A DNA stretch of 64,000 nt from Thermoleophilia bacterium (GTDB taxonomy: Bacteria; Actinomycetota; Thermoleophilia; RBG-16-64-13), in NCBI GenBank assembly GCA_026415615.1, contig JAOAGT010000002.1, positions 448,545 through 512,544 of the forward strand. Reading direction: 5' to 3'. How positions within the stretch are numbered: position 1 is the first letter of the stretch; each line of letters opens with the position of its first letter. Below the pieces are notes generated by a model that did no database searches, was not told the DNA's origin, and saw nothing but the letters and a program-made list of their open reading frames with translations. This document shows, one piece after another, positions 1-9,653 of this stretch. The position numbers and the translations under genes were made by a program.

Positions 1-1
1 C

Positions 2-214
2 TCTCTTCTTGAGTTTCTCGTAGGGTTTATCCGTGACAACGAGATCACCTGCGTTTACGTGACTCACGAACTTACCGAAGCGCTTCAGCTTGCCGATCGG
101 ATTGTAGAGATCGGTGCTGACCGCATCCTTCGCGAGCTCGATCTTAGCGACCGCGCAGCCGTGGCGCGAGAGTGGCTTGCCCGCTCGTTGGGAAGATTAG
201 GGGGCGTGGCGTAG
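2..214 (+). CDS. ABC transporter ATP-binding protein, C-terminal fragment (5' end outside window)
   Basis: Frame 2 is open from the window edge to TAG 212-214. Translation ...NEITCVYVTHELTEALQLADRIVEIG... resembles the H-loop region of ABC ATPases. Confidence 0.55.
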   Translation, partial: SLLEFLVGFIRDNEITCVYVTHELTEALQLADRIVEIGADRILRELDLSDRAAVAREWLARSLGRLGGVA

Positions 215-327
215 ACTGAATCCCCGCCAGCACACGTCCCGCCAACACTAGACTACCGTTGGATCCTTTCCGAGGCCGTGTCGCCCTAGCATAGTCCCAG
301 GCAAACATCTTGGGGAAAGGAGGCACG

Positions 328-786
328 GTGTTCCAGAAGCAGCCGTGGATGCAGCGTGCGGGCGAGTATCCAGCGGACGACCAGGGGTACTTTAGTTTGC
401 TAGCAAGGGCGGTGTTCTCTGCTGGCTTAGGGCCCAAGGTTGTGGAAGCTCGGTGGCCCCACATCTGTGCGGCTTTCCACGACTTTGATCCTAGGCAAGT
501 GGCGGCTATGGGGGAGGCTGATGTAACAAGACTTCTGACCGATCCTCACGTGATTCGGAACCGCAGGAAGATCGAGGCTGTACTGGAGAACGCACGCCGG
601 TTTCTGTCTTGTCTAGAGGAGTCCGGGGTGAATTTCCACGATTACCTGCGTAGTCTTGGAGCAGAAAAAGATCTAGATATTGTTGCAGAGAGACTGTCTC
701 AAACCTTCGTTCACCTTGGCCGACCCTCGGCTCTCTTCTTTCTTTTCAGCGCTGGGTGGCGGCCGCGAGACATGGGCTTCGCGTGA
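328..786 (+). CDS. DNA-3-methyladenine glycosylase I (Tag)-like protein, divergent
   Basis: ORF 310-786. Preferred start is GTG 328, just after GGAAAGGAGG. The core FSLLARAVFSAGLG...FHDFDPRQVAAM...LLTDPHVIRNRRKIEAVLENA fits the Adenine_glyco family pattern. The N-terminal YHDxEWG and zinc-snap residues are not evident. Confidence 0.6.
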   Translation: MFQKQPWMQRAGEYPADDQGYFSLLARAVFSAGLGPKVVEARWPHICAAFHDFDPRQVAAMGEADVTRLLTDPHVIRNRRKIEAVLENARRFLSCLEESGVNFHDYLRSLGAEKDLDIVAERLSQTFVHLGRPSALFFLFSAGWRPRDMGFA

Positions 787-913
787 GTGGTTTGAAGTCG
801 CGATTACCTGGTTAACACACTATTATGTTGTCAGGGGGTGAAATCAGCTGGCACGCCAGCGAGCTCTCCCGGCGGTTGGTTACGACGCCGGGCGGGGTAG
901 GAAAGGAGGCGCT

Positions 914-1189
914 GTGGATCCGGTGATCCTGCAGGAGTACCAACTCAAGCTCGCTAAGTGGCTTGGACAAGGGTATCGACTTCTAGCAGACGACGTGGAC
1001 GGGACACTGCGCATTACGGTGCACTACGTCTCACACGACGGAGCCGTGGGCAGCGAGCGGGATCAGGAGTACTGGCCTATGGCTCCCGAGATAGTGCAGA
1101 TGCTGGAGCAAAACGGTATCGAGATTTCGCGTGCCTTAGCTGGTCCCAGGCCGTGGTCCGGGGGGCCGACTCCTGACGAGCTTGAATAG
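914..1189 (+). CDS. hypothetical small protein (91 aa)
   Basis: GTG start preceded by GGAAAGGAGG. No recognisable motif. Confidence 0.5.
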   Translation: MDPVILQEYQLKLAKWLGQGYRLLADDVDGTLRITVHYVSHDGAVGSERDQEYWPMAPEIVQMLEQNGIEISRALAGPRPWSGGPTPDELE

Positions 1190-1239
1190 GGGGCACTCCG
1201 ATCGGCGCACTCTTCCCGCGCGTGGTGGTATCTTGTCGC

Positions 1240-1267
1240 AGTGCAATTCAGTATGTCGTATTGCACT
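1240..1267. promoter_or_regulatory. 8-bp perfect inverted repeat AGTGCAAT-N12-ATTGCACT upstream of the thiolase gene (candidate operator)
   Basis: Read directly: AGTGCAAT 1240-1247 and ATTGCACT 1260-1267, about 30 nt upstream of the thiolase TTG start. Confidence 0.35.
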
Positions 1268-1296
1268 CAGTGAAGACTTAGGAAAGGAGACCCCCC

Positions 1297-2478
1297 TTGT
1301 CTAGAAATGTTGTTATTGTCAGCGGCGCTCGTACTCCGGTAGGGCGCTTTCTAGGAACTCTGTCCGAAATTCCAGCTCCTAAGCTGGGCGCGATTGCCAT
1401 CCGCGAGGCTGTAAGGCGGGCGGGCATCGAGCCGGGAGAGGTCCAAGAGGTGATCATGGGACATGTGCTCTCGGGAGGCACCGGCCAAGGACCAGCTCGG
1501 CAGGCTGCTCTGATGGCTGGGCTGCCGCAGGAGGTTCCAGCTTGGTCGCTCAACCTGGTGTGCGGATCCGGTATGAAGGCTGTCCACGCCGCGGCCGAGG
1601 CCATTAAGGCTGGAGATGCTGAGGTTATCGTGGCCGGAGGCATGGAGAATATGAGCCTCGGTCCCTATATTGTTCCGAAAGCGCGTACCGGGTACCGCAT
1701 GGGCGACGGTGTGCTGCAGGATTTGATGATTCTGGACGGCCTCTGGTGTGCCATGAACCAGTACCACATGGGCATAACAGCCGAGAATGTGGCTGCCAAG
1801 TATGGCATCACCCGCGAGATGCAGGATCAAATAGCTTACGAGAGCCAAAAGCGGGCGGCTGCAGCTATTGCGGCGGGCAAGTTCAAGGCTGAGATAGTGC
1901 CTGTGGAAATCCCGCAGCGTAAAGGCGAGCCGCTTATCTTCGACACTGACGAGCATCCGCGGCCGGACACGACCCTGGAGGGGCTGGCCAAGCTTAAGCC
2001 AGCTTTCAAGGAAGATGGCACGGTGACCGCCGGGAATGCTTCCGGCATAAACGACGCAGCGGCAGCATTCGTGGTAGCTTCGGAAGAGTGGGCGCAGAGA
2101 AAAGGCATTAAGCCTCTTGCCACGATTGTCGAGTATGCGACTGCCGGTCTTGACCCTGCCTACATGGGTATGGGCCCCTATTACGCTACCAAGAAGGTGC
2201 TGGCCAAAGCGGGTATGAGCTTGGATGAGATGGATATCATCGAGTCCAACGAGGCTTTTGCAGCTCAGTGTGGTGCGGTGGCTAAGGAGCTAGGTCTTGA
2301 CATGTCCAAGACGAACGTATACGGGGGGGCGATCGCGCTTGGACATCCCATCGGGGCCTCCGGTGCTCGCATTCTGCTTACTCTGATCTCTGCGTTGAGG
2401 CAAGAAGGCGGCACTTACGGGCTGGCCACCATGTGCATAGGTGGTGGGCAGGGTATTGCTACCATTGTCAAGGTCTGA
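1297..2478 (+). CDS. acetyl-CoA acetyltransferase (thiolase II)
   Basis: 393 aa. TTG start follows GGAAAGGAG. Thiolase motifs [10 protein letters not shown] (active-site Cys), GNASGIND and CIGGGQG. Confidence 0.95.
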   Translation: MSRNVVIVSGARTPVGRFLGTLSEIPAPKLGAIAIREAVRRAGIEPGEVQEVIMGHVLSGGTGQGPARQAALMAGLPQEVPAWSLNLVCGSGMKAVHAAAEAIKAGDAEVIVAGGMENMSLGPYIVPKARTGYRMGDGVLQDLMILDGLWCAMNQYHMGITAENVAAKYGITREMQDQIAYESQKRAAAAIAAGKFKAEIVPVEIPQRKGEPLIFDTDEHPRPDTTLEGLAKLKPAFKEDGTVTAGNASGINDAAAAFVVASEEWAQRKGIKPLATIVEYATAGLDPAYMGMGPYYATKKVLAKAGMSLDEMDIIESNEAFAAQCGAVAKELGLDMSKTNVYGGAIALGHPIGASGARILLTLISALRQEGGTYGLATMCIGGGQGIATIVKV

Positions 2479-2496
2479 GAAGAAAGGAAGAAGGAA

Positions 2497-2721
2497 GTGA
2501 GAGACCGCGTAGAAAAAGCGCTCGAGATGATTCGGCCAGCCCTTCAGAATGATGGAGGAGATGTGGAGCTGGTCGACGTCGACGAGACCACCGGTGTGGT
2601 CAAGCTCAAGCTGGTAGGCGCCTGCGGCAGCTGTCCCATGTCGCAAATGACATTGCGCATGGGTGTGGAGCGCATACTCAAAGAGCAGGTCCCCGAGGTT
2701 GTAGAAGTTCAGGCTGTTTGA
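2497..2721 (+). CDS. NifU C-terminal domain (Nfu-type) Fe-S scaffold protein
   Basis: 74 aa, 18 nt after the thiolase stop. Motif GACGSCPMS plus the typical [21 protein letters not shown]. Confidence 0.85.
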   Translation: MRDRVEKALEMIRPALQNDGGDVELVDVDETTGVVKLKLVGACGSCPMSQMTLRMGVERILKEQVPEVVEVQAV

Positions 2722-2749
2722 AGCTGGCCAGCTTGTGGTCAGAGCTCGC

Positions 2750-3067
2750 CTAGGGCTTGACCCGTAAGAGCCAGCCCAGAGAACGGTCGAACTCGGTTTT
2801 GAGTAGGTTGAGCTGGGCAGCGGCGGCGGAGAGGGCTTGCAGCCTCTCCGCCGCCGCTGCTTGACTTTCCGCGGCCTCTTCCAGTCGCAAGGATACTGTC
2901 TGTGCCTGGCGGACGATGGCTGCTGCTTGCGCTCGGGCCGAAACACCCAGAACTCGGGCCCTTTTTAGTGCTCCTAGTCCTTGGACGACGGCATAAATTG
3001 ATCCGGCCAGCACCAGGATGCAGCCGACCCCCAAGCATATCAACATGATCAGAGTGCTCATGCTCAT
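2750..3067 (-). CDS. hypothetical membrane protein with Ala-rich coiled-coil tail
   Basis: 105 aa. N-terminal hydrophobic segment TLIMLICLGVGCILVLAGSIYAVV. Starts 9 nt after the stop of the P60 gene on the same strand. No clear RBS. Confidence 0.45.
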   Translation of the reverse strand: MSMSTLIMLICLGVGCILVLAGSIYAVVQGLGALKRARVLGVSARAQAAAIVRQAQTVSLRLEEAAESQAAAAERLQALSAAAAQLNLLKTEFDRSLGWLLRVKP

Positions 3068-3076
3068 AGGGCAACT

Positions 3077-4384
3077 CTACCAAAAGGCGGGAGGACCCAC
3101 ACGGGGTTTCAGATCAAACCGCCTGATAAGAGCAAGATCGGAACGTTCGCTTAAGCGGGATATTCTCACCACGTCGCCGGTCCGGGGGGCGTGGATGAAC
3201 AGCCCTTCCCCTATGTAGATCCCTACGTGGTAAACAGGCCACCCGAAGGCCAGCAAGTCACCAGGGCGTATGTCCTGTGGTTGCACAGGAGTGCCCATTT
3301 GAGCCTGGCTGCCGGAGTAGTGGGGCAGATACACGCCATGCTGAGCATAGACGTACGCAGTGAATCCAGAGCAATCAAACCCAGTTGAAGGCCGGTCGCC
3401 AGCCCAAACATACGGAGTACCAAGGTAAGCTGCCGCAGTCTCGAGAAGCTGTGTGACAATGTCAATCTCGCTCTGAGGGGAGCCGGAGAGAGTTACTCGT
3501 GCGCCACTTACGATTGCAGCAAGGGTTGTCCTCAATCGGGCCTGTTCTTCTTCCTGTCGTTTTCGCTCTTGCTCAATGATCTGACGAATCTCGTCATTGA
3601 GTTGATTAAGAACGGTCTCCCGTGCTGCCAGAGCGGTTTGTATCTCTCGCCGCTTGGCCTCGATTTGGGTTCGCAGCTCTACTTGTTCTTGCTTGACCTT
3701 GTCTACCTCTTGGACCAGTTCCTCAAGCCTATCAGTACTCCTCTGCACGCTTTCTAGGGCCCGCTCGTCCTCTTCAGCCAACATCATGCCAAGACGGATC
3801 CGGTAGACGAGGTCGGTAAACCCTTGAGCTTCAAGCACGAGTTGGAAAAAGCGCGAGCGTCCGCCGGACTTGTAAAGGGCGCAGAGGTGCCTTTCCCACT
3901 TTCTCACCTGATAGGCGTGGTCTTTTTCAGCTTGGTCAAGGTCACGCCGAAGCTCAAGCAGCCTCACATTTGTTTCGTCAAGCTTGACCTGAAGCTGGTT
4001 GTAGTTTTCGGTGTAGCGCTCAAGTTCTTGGTCAAGCCTGTCTATCTCACTCTGAATGGCCTTTGCTTGGGCCTCTAGGTTGTCGACTGTAGCCTGTGCA
4101 GAGCGGGATAGCGGCCCGGAGTAGGGACCTACAGGGTAGGCGGCTCTCACGGTAGTTCCTACGAGGAAGACTGGGACAAGGAGGACGAACACAAGGCTCG
4201 TCAGCAGCACGACTTTGGCGACGCTGATTCCTTGGCAGCGCGCGTACTTCTTCGCGTTGGTTGCGTGGGGCGCTTGTCGGACCGCGCTCTGTTGTACGGT
4301 ATTTGTCCGGGTTCGCAAGGGGCTGCCTCTGCCGGTATAGTCTTGTTCGACGATTCGTTTGTCTGCAATGCTATCTTTAAACAA
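3077..4384 (-). CDS. NlpC/P60 (C40) cell-wall hydrolase with N-terminal TM segment and long coiled coil (CwlO/RipA-like architecture)
   Basis: C-terminal YLGTPYVWAGDRPSTGFDCSGF...GDLLAFG..HVGIYIG...FIHAP (catalytic Cys/His). About 230 aa of heptad-like EQ/KR-rich sequence. The TTG start at 4384 is uncertain. Confidence 0.85.
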   Translation of the reverse strand: MFKDSIADKRIVEQDYTGRGSPLRTRTNTVQQSAVRQAPHATNAKKYARCQGISVAKVVLLTSLVFVLLVPVFLVGTTVRAAYPVGPYSGPLSRSAQATVDNLEAQAKAIQSEIDRLDQELERYTENYNQLQVKLDETNVRLLELRRDLDQAEKDHAYQVRKWERHLCALYKSGGRSRFFQLVLEAQGFTDLVYRIRLGMMLAEEDERALESVQRSTDRLEELVQEVDKVKQEQVELRTQIEAKRREIQTALAARETVLNQLNDEIRQIIEQERKRQEEEQARLRTTLAAIVSGARVTLSGSPQSEIDIVTQLLETAAAYLGTPYVWAGDRPSTGFDCSGFTAYVYAQHGVYLPHYSGSQAQMGTPVQPQDIRPGDLLAFGWPVYHVGIYIGEGLFIHAPRTGDVVRISRLSERSDLALIRRFDLKPRVGPPAFW

Positions 4385-4447
4385 TGCTATCTCTAATTAT
4401 CGGCAACATGATATCTAGACTTGTCATGCTTTCGTTCGGCGAAGGTG

Positions 4448-4456
4448 TGGTATACT
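4448..4456 (+). promoter_or_regulatory. candidate extended -10 element (TGGTATACT) for the tRNA gene
   Basis: TGnTATACT lies 16 nt upstream of tRNA position 1. No good -35 at 17-bp spacing (TTGTCA at 4421-4426 is 24 nt away). Confidence 0.4.
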
Positions 4457-4471
4457 ACGCAGCCCATACGG

Positions 4472-4548
<77 letters not shown>

Positions 4549-4552
4549 TAAC

Positions 4553-4584
4553 GAAGCCCTGCTTTTGCAGGGCTTCCTATTTTC
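4553..4584 (+). terminator. rho-independent terminator after the tRNA
   Basis: GAAGCCCTGC-TTTT-GCAGGGCTTC (10-bp stem) followed by CTATTTT. Confidence 0.8.
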
Positions 4585-4669
4585 CGCATGAGTTGCAGCG
4601 GTCTCGCTGACGGGGCTATGGACTAGCATCGCTGTGTAGCAAGATCTTCATACCTTCGCCTCAGGCTCG

Positions 4670-5269
4670 TTACTCTCCCCACTTGGCCTCGATATCGCTA
4701 AAGATATCGCGCTGAAAAACAACGTACGAAGGGGTCGCGTCTTCTGGCATGGCGAAAGCCACCGCCCCTTTGACGGTCTTGCCAGGTAGCACCTGGCCGG
4801 TGCCAAGATCAGGCTTGCTGCAAGGGGCCATCAGCGACTCGTACTTCATGCCCTCAGTGTCGTACATCGTGAAGGCGAGCGCATTGTAGCTGTATGGCTC
4901 ATCGCCGATATTGCTGATGCTGACCATGCAATAAACGGCCTTCTGGTTAGGCTCAAGCAGCATCTCGCGGGTGATTTCGTCAAGATTGGCTGTGTCGTCC
5001 ACTGGGGCTGCTACGGTAATCTCCAGGCCCTTGAGCTTGGCAGTGCCTCCCCAGGGTTCTTCTACGACACCAGAAATCTTGACACCAGAAATCTTGGAAG
5101 TGGTTGTTTGCGGCTCTTTCGTCGGGCTGGGCTTGGCAGAGCTGTCGGTCGGTACTGATGTCTCAGTTGTCTCTGCAGCCGTAATAGTTCCAGTTTCGCT
5201 CACCGTGCAGCCAGCAGTGGCCACTAGCGTCAGACCGACTACGAGCAGGGCTAATAGCAACCTTGGCAT
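4670..5269 (-). CDS. DUF4352-like lipoprotein
   Basis: Preferred start is ATG 5269 after AAGGAGGAAG. Signal peptide plus lipobox MPRLLLALLVVGLTLVATAGC, then a Thr/Ser-rich linker. The C-terminal beta-rich domain (CMVSISNIGDEPYSY...GKTVKGAVAF) resembles DUF4352. Confidence 0.7.
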   Translation of the reverse strand: MPRLLLALLVVGLTLVATAGCTVSETGTITAAETTETSVPTDSSAKPSPTKEPQTTTSKISGVKISGVVEEPWGGTAKLKGLEITVAAPVDDTANLDEITREMLLEPNQKAVYCMVSISNIGDEPYSYNALAFTMYDTEGMKYESLMAPCSKPDLGTGQVLPGKTVKGAVAFAMPEDATPSYVVFQRDIFSDIEAKWGE

Positions 5270-5548
5270 GAGCTTCCTCCTTGTTTTGGAATGTCTGACT
5301 TGTCTTGCTCTGCATGATAGTCGGGCCTGCGGACGGCTAGTTGGCTCGGTCGGGCTATCCATGCTCGCAGGAAGGGTCTTACCTCGAGTCCGTCTGCTTT
5401 GTCATCTCAGTTGCCACGTGGATCGGCTTGACAGCGTAAACAGGGGGCAATCAAAAAGTGACTCGAGACAAGCCGAATAAAGTCTCAGAATCGTAGGTTT
5501 AGCAGGATTATGCAGCGACCTATCTCGATGACCCGCCGCTGGACTAGC

Positions 5549-5926
5549 TCAGGACTGGGTATGAGCTTCTCCTTGCTCCTCAACAGCTCGCCGCGCTGCC
5601 TTTTGTACAAGCCATTGGTCGAGCTTGCTCTGCAACAAACGCCTCTGTTCAGGGCCCATGGCCTGCACAGCTGCTTCAACAATCATTTTTTGCTCGGGTG
5701 AAAGATCTGGAGAAAGCCGGTAGTGCATCCATAGGCCATGGCGAGTGAAATCCACAAGCCCAGCATGATAAAGATACCTAAGATGTCTTGAAACCTTAGA
5801 CTGAGTGAGGCCGAAACTGCCCACAAAATCGCAAACGCAGAGTTCTCCCCGATCATGTAGCAGGGCCACCATCTGGAGCCGAGTCTCCTCGGCCAAGGCC
5901 TTGAGTGTTTCAACAACCTGGTTCAC
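5549..5926 (-). CDS. ArsR/SmtB family transcriptional regulator
   Basis: LKALAEETRLQMVALL...ELCVCDF...LTQSKVSRHLRYLYHAGLV is a winged HTH with the ELCVCD metal(loid)-site motif. GTG start, no obvious RBS. Confidence 0.85.
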   Translation of the reverse strand: MNQVVETLKALAEETRLQMVALLHDRGELCVCDFVGSFGLTQSKVSRHLRYLYHAGLVDFTRHGLWMHYRLSPDLSPEQKMIVEAAVQAMGPEQRRLLQSKLDQWLVQKAARRAVEEQGEAHTQS

Positions 5927-6177
5927 TGGCGATCGCTTGCAAAGGCGCGCTCTGTATTGTCTGCCGCTAGATTGTCAGTTTAGCCTCACATGCGCTGAAT
6001 GATAGCGCTTGAACTAGGGTCTGCAAGGTACTTGCCGACAAAAGCTAGTGTGCGGGAGGCGCGGGTGGCCGAAATCAGCTTACCCGTTGCTACCCCTTTG
6101 GGTTGGGAACTTATCCGAGTGTACTGTGGTCTAGTAACGGGTAGAGTAGTGTCGGTGATGCCAACGTTGGAGGCAGC

Positions 6178-7818
6178 ATGGGAGCCGCCCGCAGCAATCA
6201 CGGAACTAGGGCGCGAGCATCTTGGCGCTCTCTCTGGCACGCGTTGCTTTCTGCAGTTCTTCCGGGTGCAGGTCAGCTTGCGGCTGGGGCGAAAGCTCGA
6301 GGCTTTGCCATGGTGGCTGCAAGTGTTTTTGTGGCTGCAGCGGCTGGGATAGTTGCTGTGGTAGCCGGTCTTGACAACATGCTTGCCTGGGTGATTGCGC
6401 CGTCGGTGCTTTTGCTTCTCATTTTGCTGGATGGGGCCTTACTGGCCTTCAGGGTGTTTGCGGTAGTCGACGCCTACAGAGTCCCGCGTCGGTCAGATAT
6501 AACCTGGCCTCCTCAGGTGGTGGGATCCCGAGTTGAGTTTCGTGCTGCTCAGCGCCAACACCGGGCTTCGTTGGCAGCGGGGCTTCTTCTTGCTCTACTT
6601 GTCTTGTTCACCGCCGTACCCCACCTTGTTGCTGGCTATTACCTGTATGTCTCGCGCGATTTGGTGATGAGTGTATTCTCTAGTGAGGGTATTCCTGGGG
6701 GCTCCACAGACGTATGCACCACTGTAGTGGTCAGCCATACTGAAAGCAGGGGCAGCGGCTCCCTCGCTGTTTCTACAACAGGCTCAAGCGCGACATCCAA
6801 TGGCGGTACTTCGACGACCTATCCAGTTTCTAGTTCTACAGCTGCCTCTACTGGCGCCTCCGAACCGGGCTCTCTAGGTCCGACCTCGTCTGGGGAGGAG
6901 ATACCAGTTGTGGCTGACGATGACGGAAGACTTACGGTCTTGTTGATAGGAACCGATGCTGGATACGGACGCAGTGGCGCTAGAGCGGATAGCATAATGG
7001 TAGCCACTGCAAACCTAGAGACTGGGCGGGTGGCTCTATTTGGAATAGCGCGGAATACAGGTAGTGTTCCTCTAAGCCAACCAGCAGCGAGAGCCTTGGG
7101 CACCAAGGTCTACCTGAACTTAATCAGCTCCCTTTACTCTGACGCACGTGAGCACCCAGAGCTTGCTCCTGAGGGACAGGATCCTGGCGCAGTTGTGCTG
7201 CGCGACACGGTTAGCATGTTGCTTGGGATCCCCATTGACTATTACGCAGTAGTGGATATGGGCGGATTTGTCAAAGTTGTAGACGCTTTGGGTGGAGTTA
7301 CTTTGAATGTGAAAGAGCGGGTGCAAGTGCGTCTTTCGCCGCCTACCCCTGACGAGGAATGGAGGGTCTACGACATTGAGCCGGGTGTACGGCACTTGAG
7401 CGGTCTTGAGGCGCTCGCCTTTGCCCGTTCGCGCACAGGGAGCAGCGACTACGTTCGTATGGGGAGGCAGCGTTGCATACTTGCGGCACTTTTGTATCAG
7501 AATGGAGCAGCAGAATTTCTTCTCAAATTTCCTAAGCTGGCGGAGGTTATAAAAGACAGCGTAAAGACTGATGTCCCGCTTGAGACCATTCAAGCATTGA
7601 TCAAATCCCGTTCGCGCCTGAAGGCGGACGAAATAATAACCGTAGGATTCACTCGGCCAAAATACACCACGGGTATCAATTCCATGGGCTATAACATCTT
7701 GGATGTTGATTTGGTCCAGCGTACTGTGCGTGAGATCATTGAACATCCAGAGGAAGTAATGGCTAAGTCTGGCACCGACCAGTCGCTCGACACTTACGAC
7801 TGTTGGAAGGTCAAGTAG
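6178..7818 (+). CDS. LytR-CpsA-Psr (LCP) family cell-envelope phosphotransferase
   Basis: N-terminal TM segments and a Ser/Thr-rich linker. LCP core LTVLLIGTDAGYGRSGARADSIMVATANLETGRVALFGIARNT...HLSGLEALAFARSR. Confidence 0.85.
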   Translation: MGAARSNHGTRARASWRSLWHALLSAVLPGAGQLAAGAKARGFAMVAASVFVAAAAGIVAVVAGLDNMLAWVIAPSVLLLLILLDGALLAFRVFAVVDAYRVPRRSDITWPPQVVGSRVEFRAAQRQHRASLAAGLLLALLVLFTAVPHLVAGYYLYVSRDLVMSVFSSEGIPGGSTDVCTTVVVSHTESRGSGSLAVSTTGSSATSNGGTSTTYPVSSSTAASTGASEPGSLGPTSSGEEIPVVADDDGRLTVLLIGTDAGYGRSGARADSIMVATANLETGRVALFGIARNTGSVPLSQPAARALGTKVYLNLISSLYSDAREHPELAPEGQDPGAVVLRDTVSMLLGIPIDYYAVVDMGGFVKVVDALGGVTLNVKERVQVRLSPPTPDEEWRVYDIEPGVRHLSGLEALAFARSRTGSSDYVRMGRQRCILAALLYQNGAAEFLLKFPKLAEVIKDSVKTDVPLETIQALIKSRSRLKADEIITVGFTRPKYTTGINSMGYNILDVDLVQRTVREIIEHPEEVMAKSGTDQSLDTYDCWKVK

Positions 7819-7863
7819 GTCAACTAAGGCGCGACGTGCCAACCGTTCGAGGAGAGAACAACG

Positions 7864-9591
7864 ATGGGAACAGGGCGCATTCCCCCTCCATATCTCCCTA
7901 AAGACCACTGGGAATACAACCTTTACGAATATCACAAGGGGCTCCCCGACAAGAGTCACTACGAGTTCATCGCTAACACACCCGGGGTCAAGACGGCCGA
8001 ATATTGGAAGGAATGGTGCCAGGCCATTTTCTACGCTGGCACTACCCTTTGCATGTGGAACGCACTCCCCGAGGTTAAAGCGGCCTTTCTGTCACTGTGC
8101 TCGTTTGAGCCAGGCATGAAGGTATTTCTGGTGGGCAAGTATTTGTGGGAAAGCGGTCTAGCGGACGCGGTTCGCTCCCTTGTCGGAGATTCGGGAACTC
8201 TCGGCATCCTTGACATGACTGATCAAGTTCTCGAGACTGTGCGTGAGCTGGGTCCGCGGCGGACGGTTCAGTATGAGGCTGCGGGGGCTACTGGCAGCCG
8301 GGCGGCTAGGCCGTTAGTTTGGCCCTTGACGTGTTTTGACGGACTACCAGAAGGAAGCCTAGACAGAGTGGTTTTCTTCAATGGCGGCGCGCATGTAGCT
8401 AATTGGGAGCATGTGGCGTCAGAGATAAGCCGCGTTCTTGGGGAGCACGGACGACTGGTGATGGCGGAAGCTCCTCTGGGCGGTAGGGAGTTTGAGAATG
8501 CTTTGCATCTCGATTCCCATTATGAGTCTTTCATTCTCAGGGTACTTTCCGGCCTAGGTCTGTCGGAGAATGAGCTTCCGTATGTGGACCCTCGGGGTCT
8601 AAGCGAGCTTCTGCGGCCGCATTTTGCGTGGACCAGGTGGTGGTCACACCGGGGCATTCTCCTGTTGTACGGAGCCAAGGGGAAGCACGGTCACGAGATT
8701 GCCGTGCCTGGGCCGGCAGCTTCACTTCCCTGTTCAGACGAGGCAAGGGGTCCAGTGAGCGCATTTCTCGCCGTCAAACCGGTGACCAGCAGCTGGGAGC
8801 TAATGACTGAGCGGGAAAGAGAGATCTGGGGTGAGACTGTCGAGGATATTCTCACCCCTCACATGGGGAAATGCGTCACCTGGGGAGGGGGATCTCTTTG
8901 CTGGAATTACCGCAACCAGCGGGAGATCACGGACATCATGTGGAGCAACCTCGCCGCAAAGCCCGGAGACAAAGTAATGGTGATCGGGGAGTTTCTGCAC
9001 GACCTGGGCACCCTTGAGGAAGTCAAGAGGCGAGTGGGACCTACCGGCCAGGTTTTCCCTGTTGATATAACTGCTTCGCCTTGCTCTTATGATTACAAAG
9101 GTTGGCAGGCTAAGCGTAAAGCCTACATGGATCTAGGTTCACCTGAGGAGTGGCCCTACGATTTTGCGGATGACTTTCCGGACGAGTTTTTCGACGTGCT
9201 GTTCCTGCCTCAAGGTGTACACCACTGCAACAACTGGCTTAGGGACGCTCCCAGACTTCTGCGCGCAGTCAAAGTTGGCGGGCAGGTCATGGCGATCGAG
9301 TGTGGAATCAACCGTCCGGAGATGGCGCTAGCCAGAGATTTAAGTGCTCTTGTGCAGGTGGTGGGCGACCGGGTGTTTCGCATCGCGCTGCCTGAATGGC
9401 TCGTGGGGCCGTTGAGCCCCGAAGGGCCTCTCCCAGCAGGTACTGGCTATGGCCACGAGGGTCGCCCGTACCATGATGTGCCGACGGCGCATCTTCGCGA
9501 GGCCTTTGGCGCGGGGCTTACGGACGTTTGCAGTTTGGAGTACAAGGGCTGGATCCTCTTCTGGGGGTATAAGGCGCCGCGGACTGTCTAA
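7864..9591 (+). CDS. uncharacterised protein with two tandem degenerate class-I methyltransferase-like domains (paralog of 29360-30883)
   Basis: 575 aa, ATG after GAGGAGAG. Each half carries G.KV.(L/V)(V/I)G(K/E)(Y/F)L...G in place of the GxGxG SAM loop, followed by FD.V(F/V)...H.....W....(I/L)RV(L/K).GG(R/Q)(L/V)(V/M). Motifs were recognised by eye only. Confidence 0.75.
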   Translation: MGTGRIPPPYLPKDHWEYNLYEYHKGLPDKSHYEFIANTPGVKTAEYWKEWCQAIFYAGTTLCMWNALPEVKAAFLSLCSFEPGMKVFLVGKYLWESGLADAVRSLVGDSGTLGILDMTDQVLETVRELGPRRTVQYEAAGATGSRAARPLVWPLTCFDGLPEGSLDRVVFFNGGAHVANWEHVASEISRVLGEHGRLVMAEAPLGGREFENALHLDSHYESFILRVLSGLGLSENELPYVDPRGLSELLRPHFAWTRWWSHRGILLLYGAKGKHGHEIAVPGPAASLPCSDEARGPVSAFLAVKPVTSSWELMTEREREIWGETVEDILTPHMGKCVTWGGGSLCWNYRNQREITDIMWSNLAAKPGDKVMVIGEFLHDLGTLEEVKRRVGPTGQVFPVDITASPCSYDYKGWQAKRKAYMDLGSPEEWPYDFADDFPDEFFDVLFLPQGVHHCNNWLRDAPRLLRAVKVGGQVMAIECGINRPEMALARDLSALVQVVGDRVFRIALPEWLVGPLSPEGPLPAGTGYGHEGRPYHDVPTAHLREAFGAGLTDVCSLEYKGWILFWGYKAPRTV

Positions 9592-9603
9592 TTGCAGCAA
9601 AGA

Positions 9604-9653
9604 GCTGAGCGCCCCGCTCGCCCGTCGGATCCGGGGCGAGCGGGGCGCTCAGC
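9604..9653. terminator. bidirectional terminator hairpin between convergent genes
   Basis: 20-bp perfect stem GCTGAGCGCCCCGCTCGCCC / GGGCGAGCGGGGCGCTCAGC with a 10-nt loop. Confidence 0.75.

Noticed and set aside
4421-4426. TTGTCA as the -35 element of the tRNA promoter
   Set aside because: It lies 24 nt from the TATACT -10 hexamer, which is too far. The extended -10 element is the more likely promoter.
5549-5926. Arsenic-resistance operon
   Set aside because: The ArsR protein has the ELCVCD site, but no arsB/acr3, arsC, arsD/A or arsM gene is adjacent. The downstream gene is a DUF4352 lipoprotein. It is treated as an orphan regulator.
7120-7959. 279-aa minus-strand ORF spanning the LCP 3' end and the next gene's 5' end
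   Set aside because: It overlaps two well-supported plus-strand genes and their intergenic RBS, and it has no motifs.
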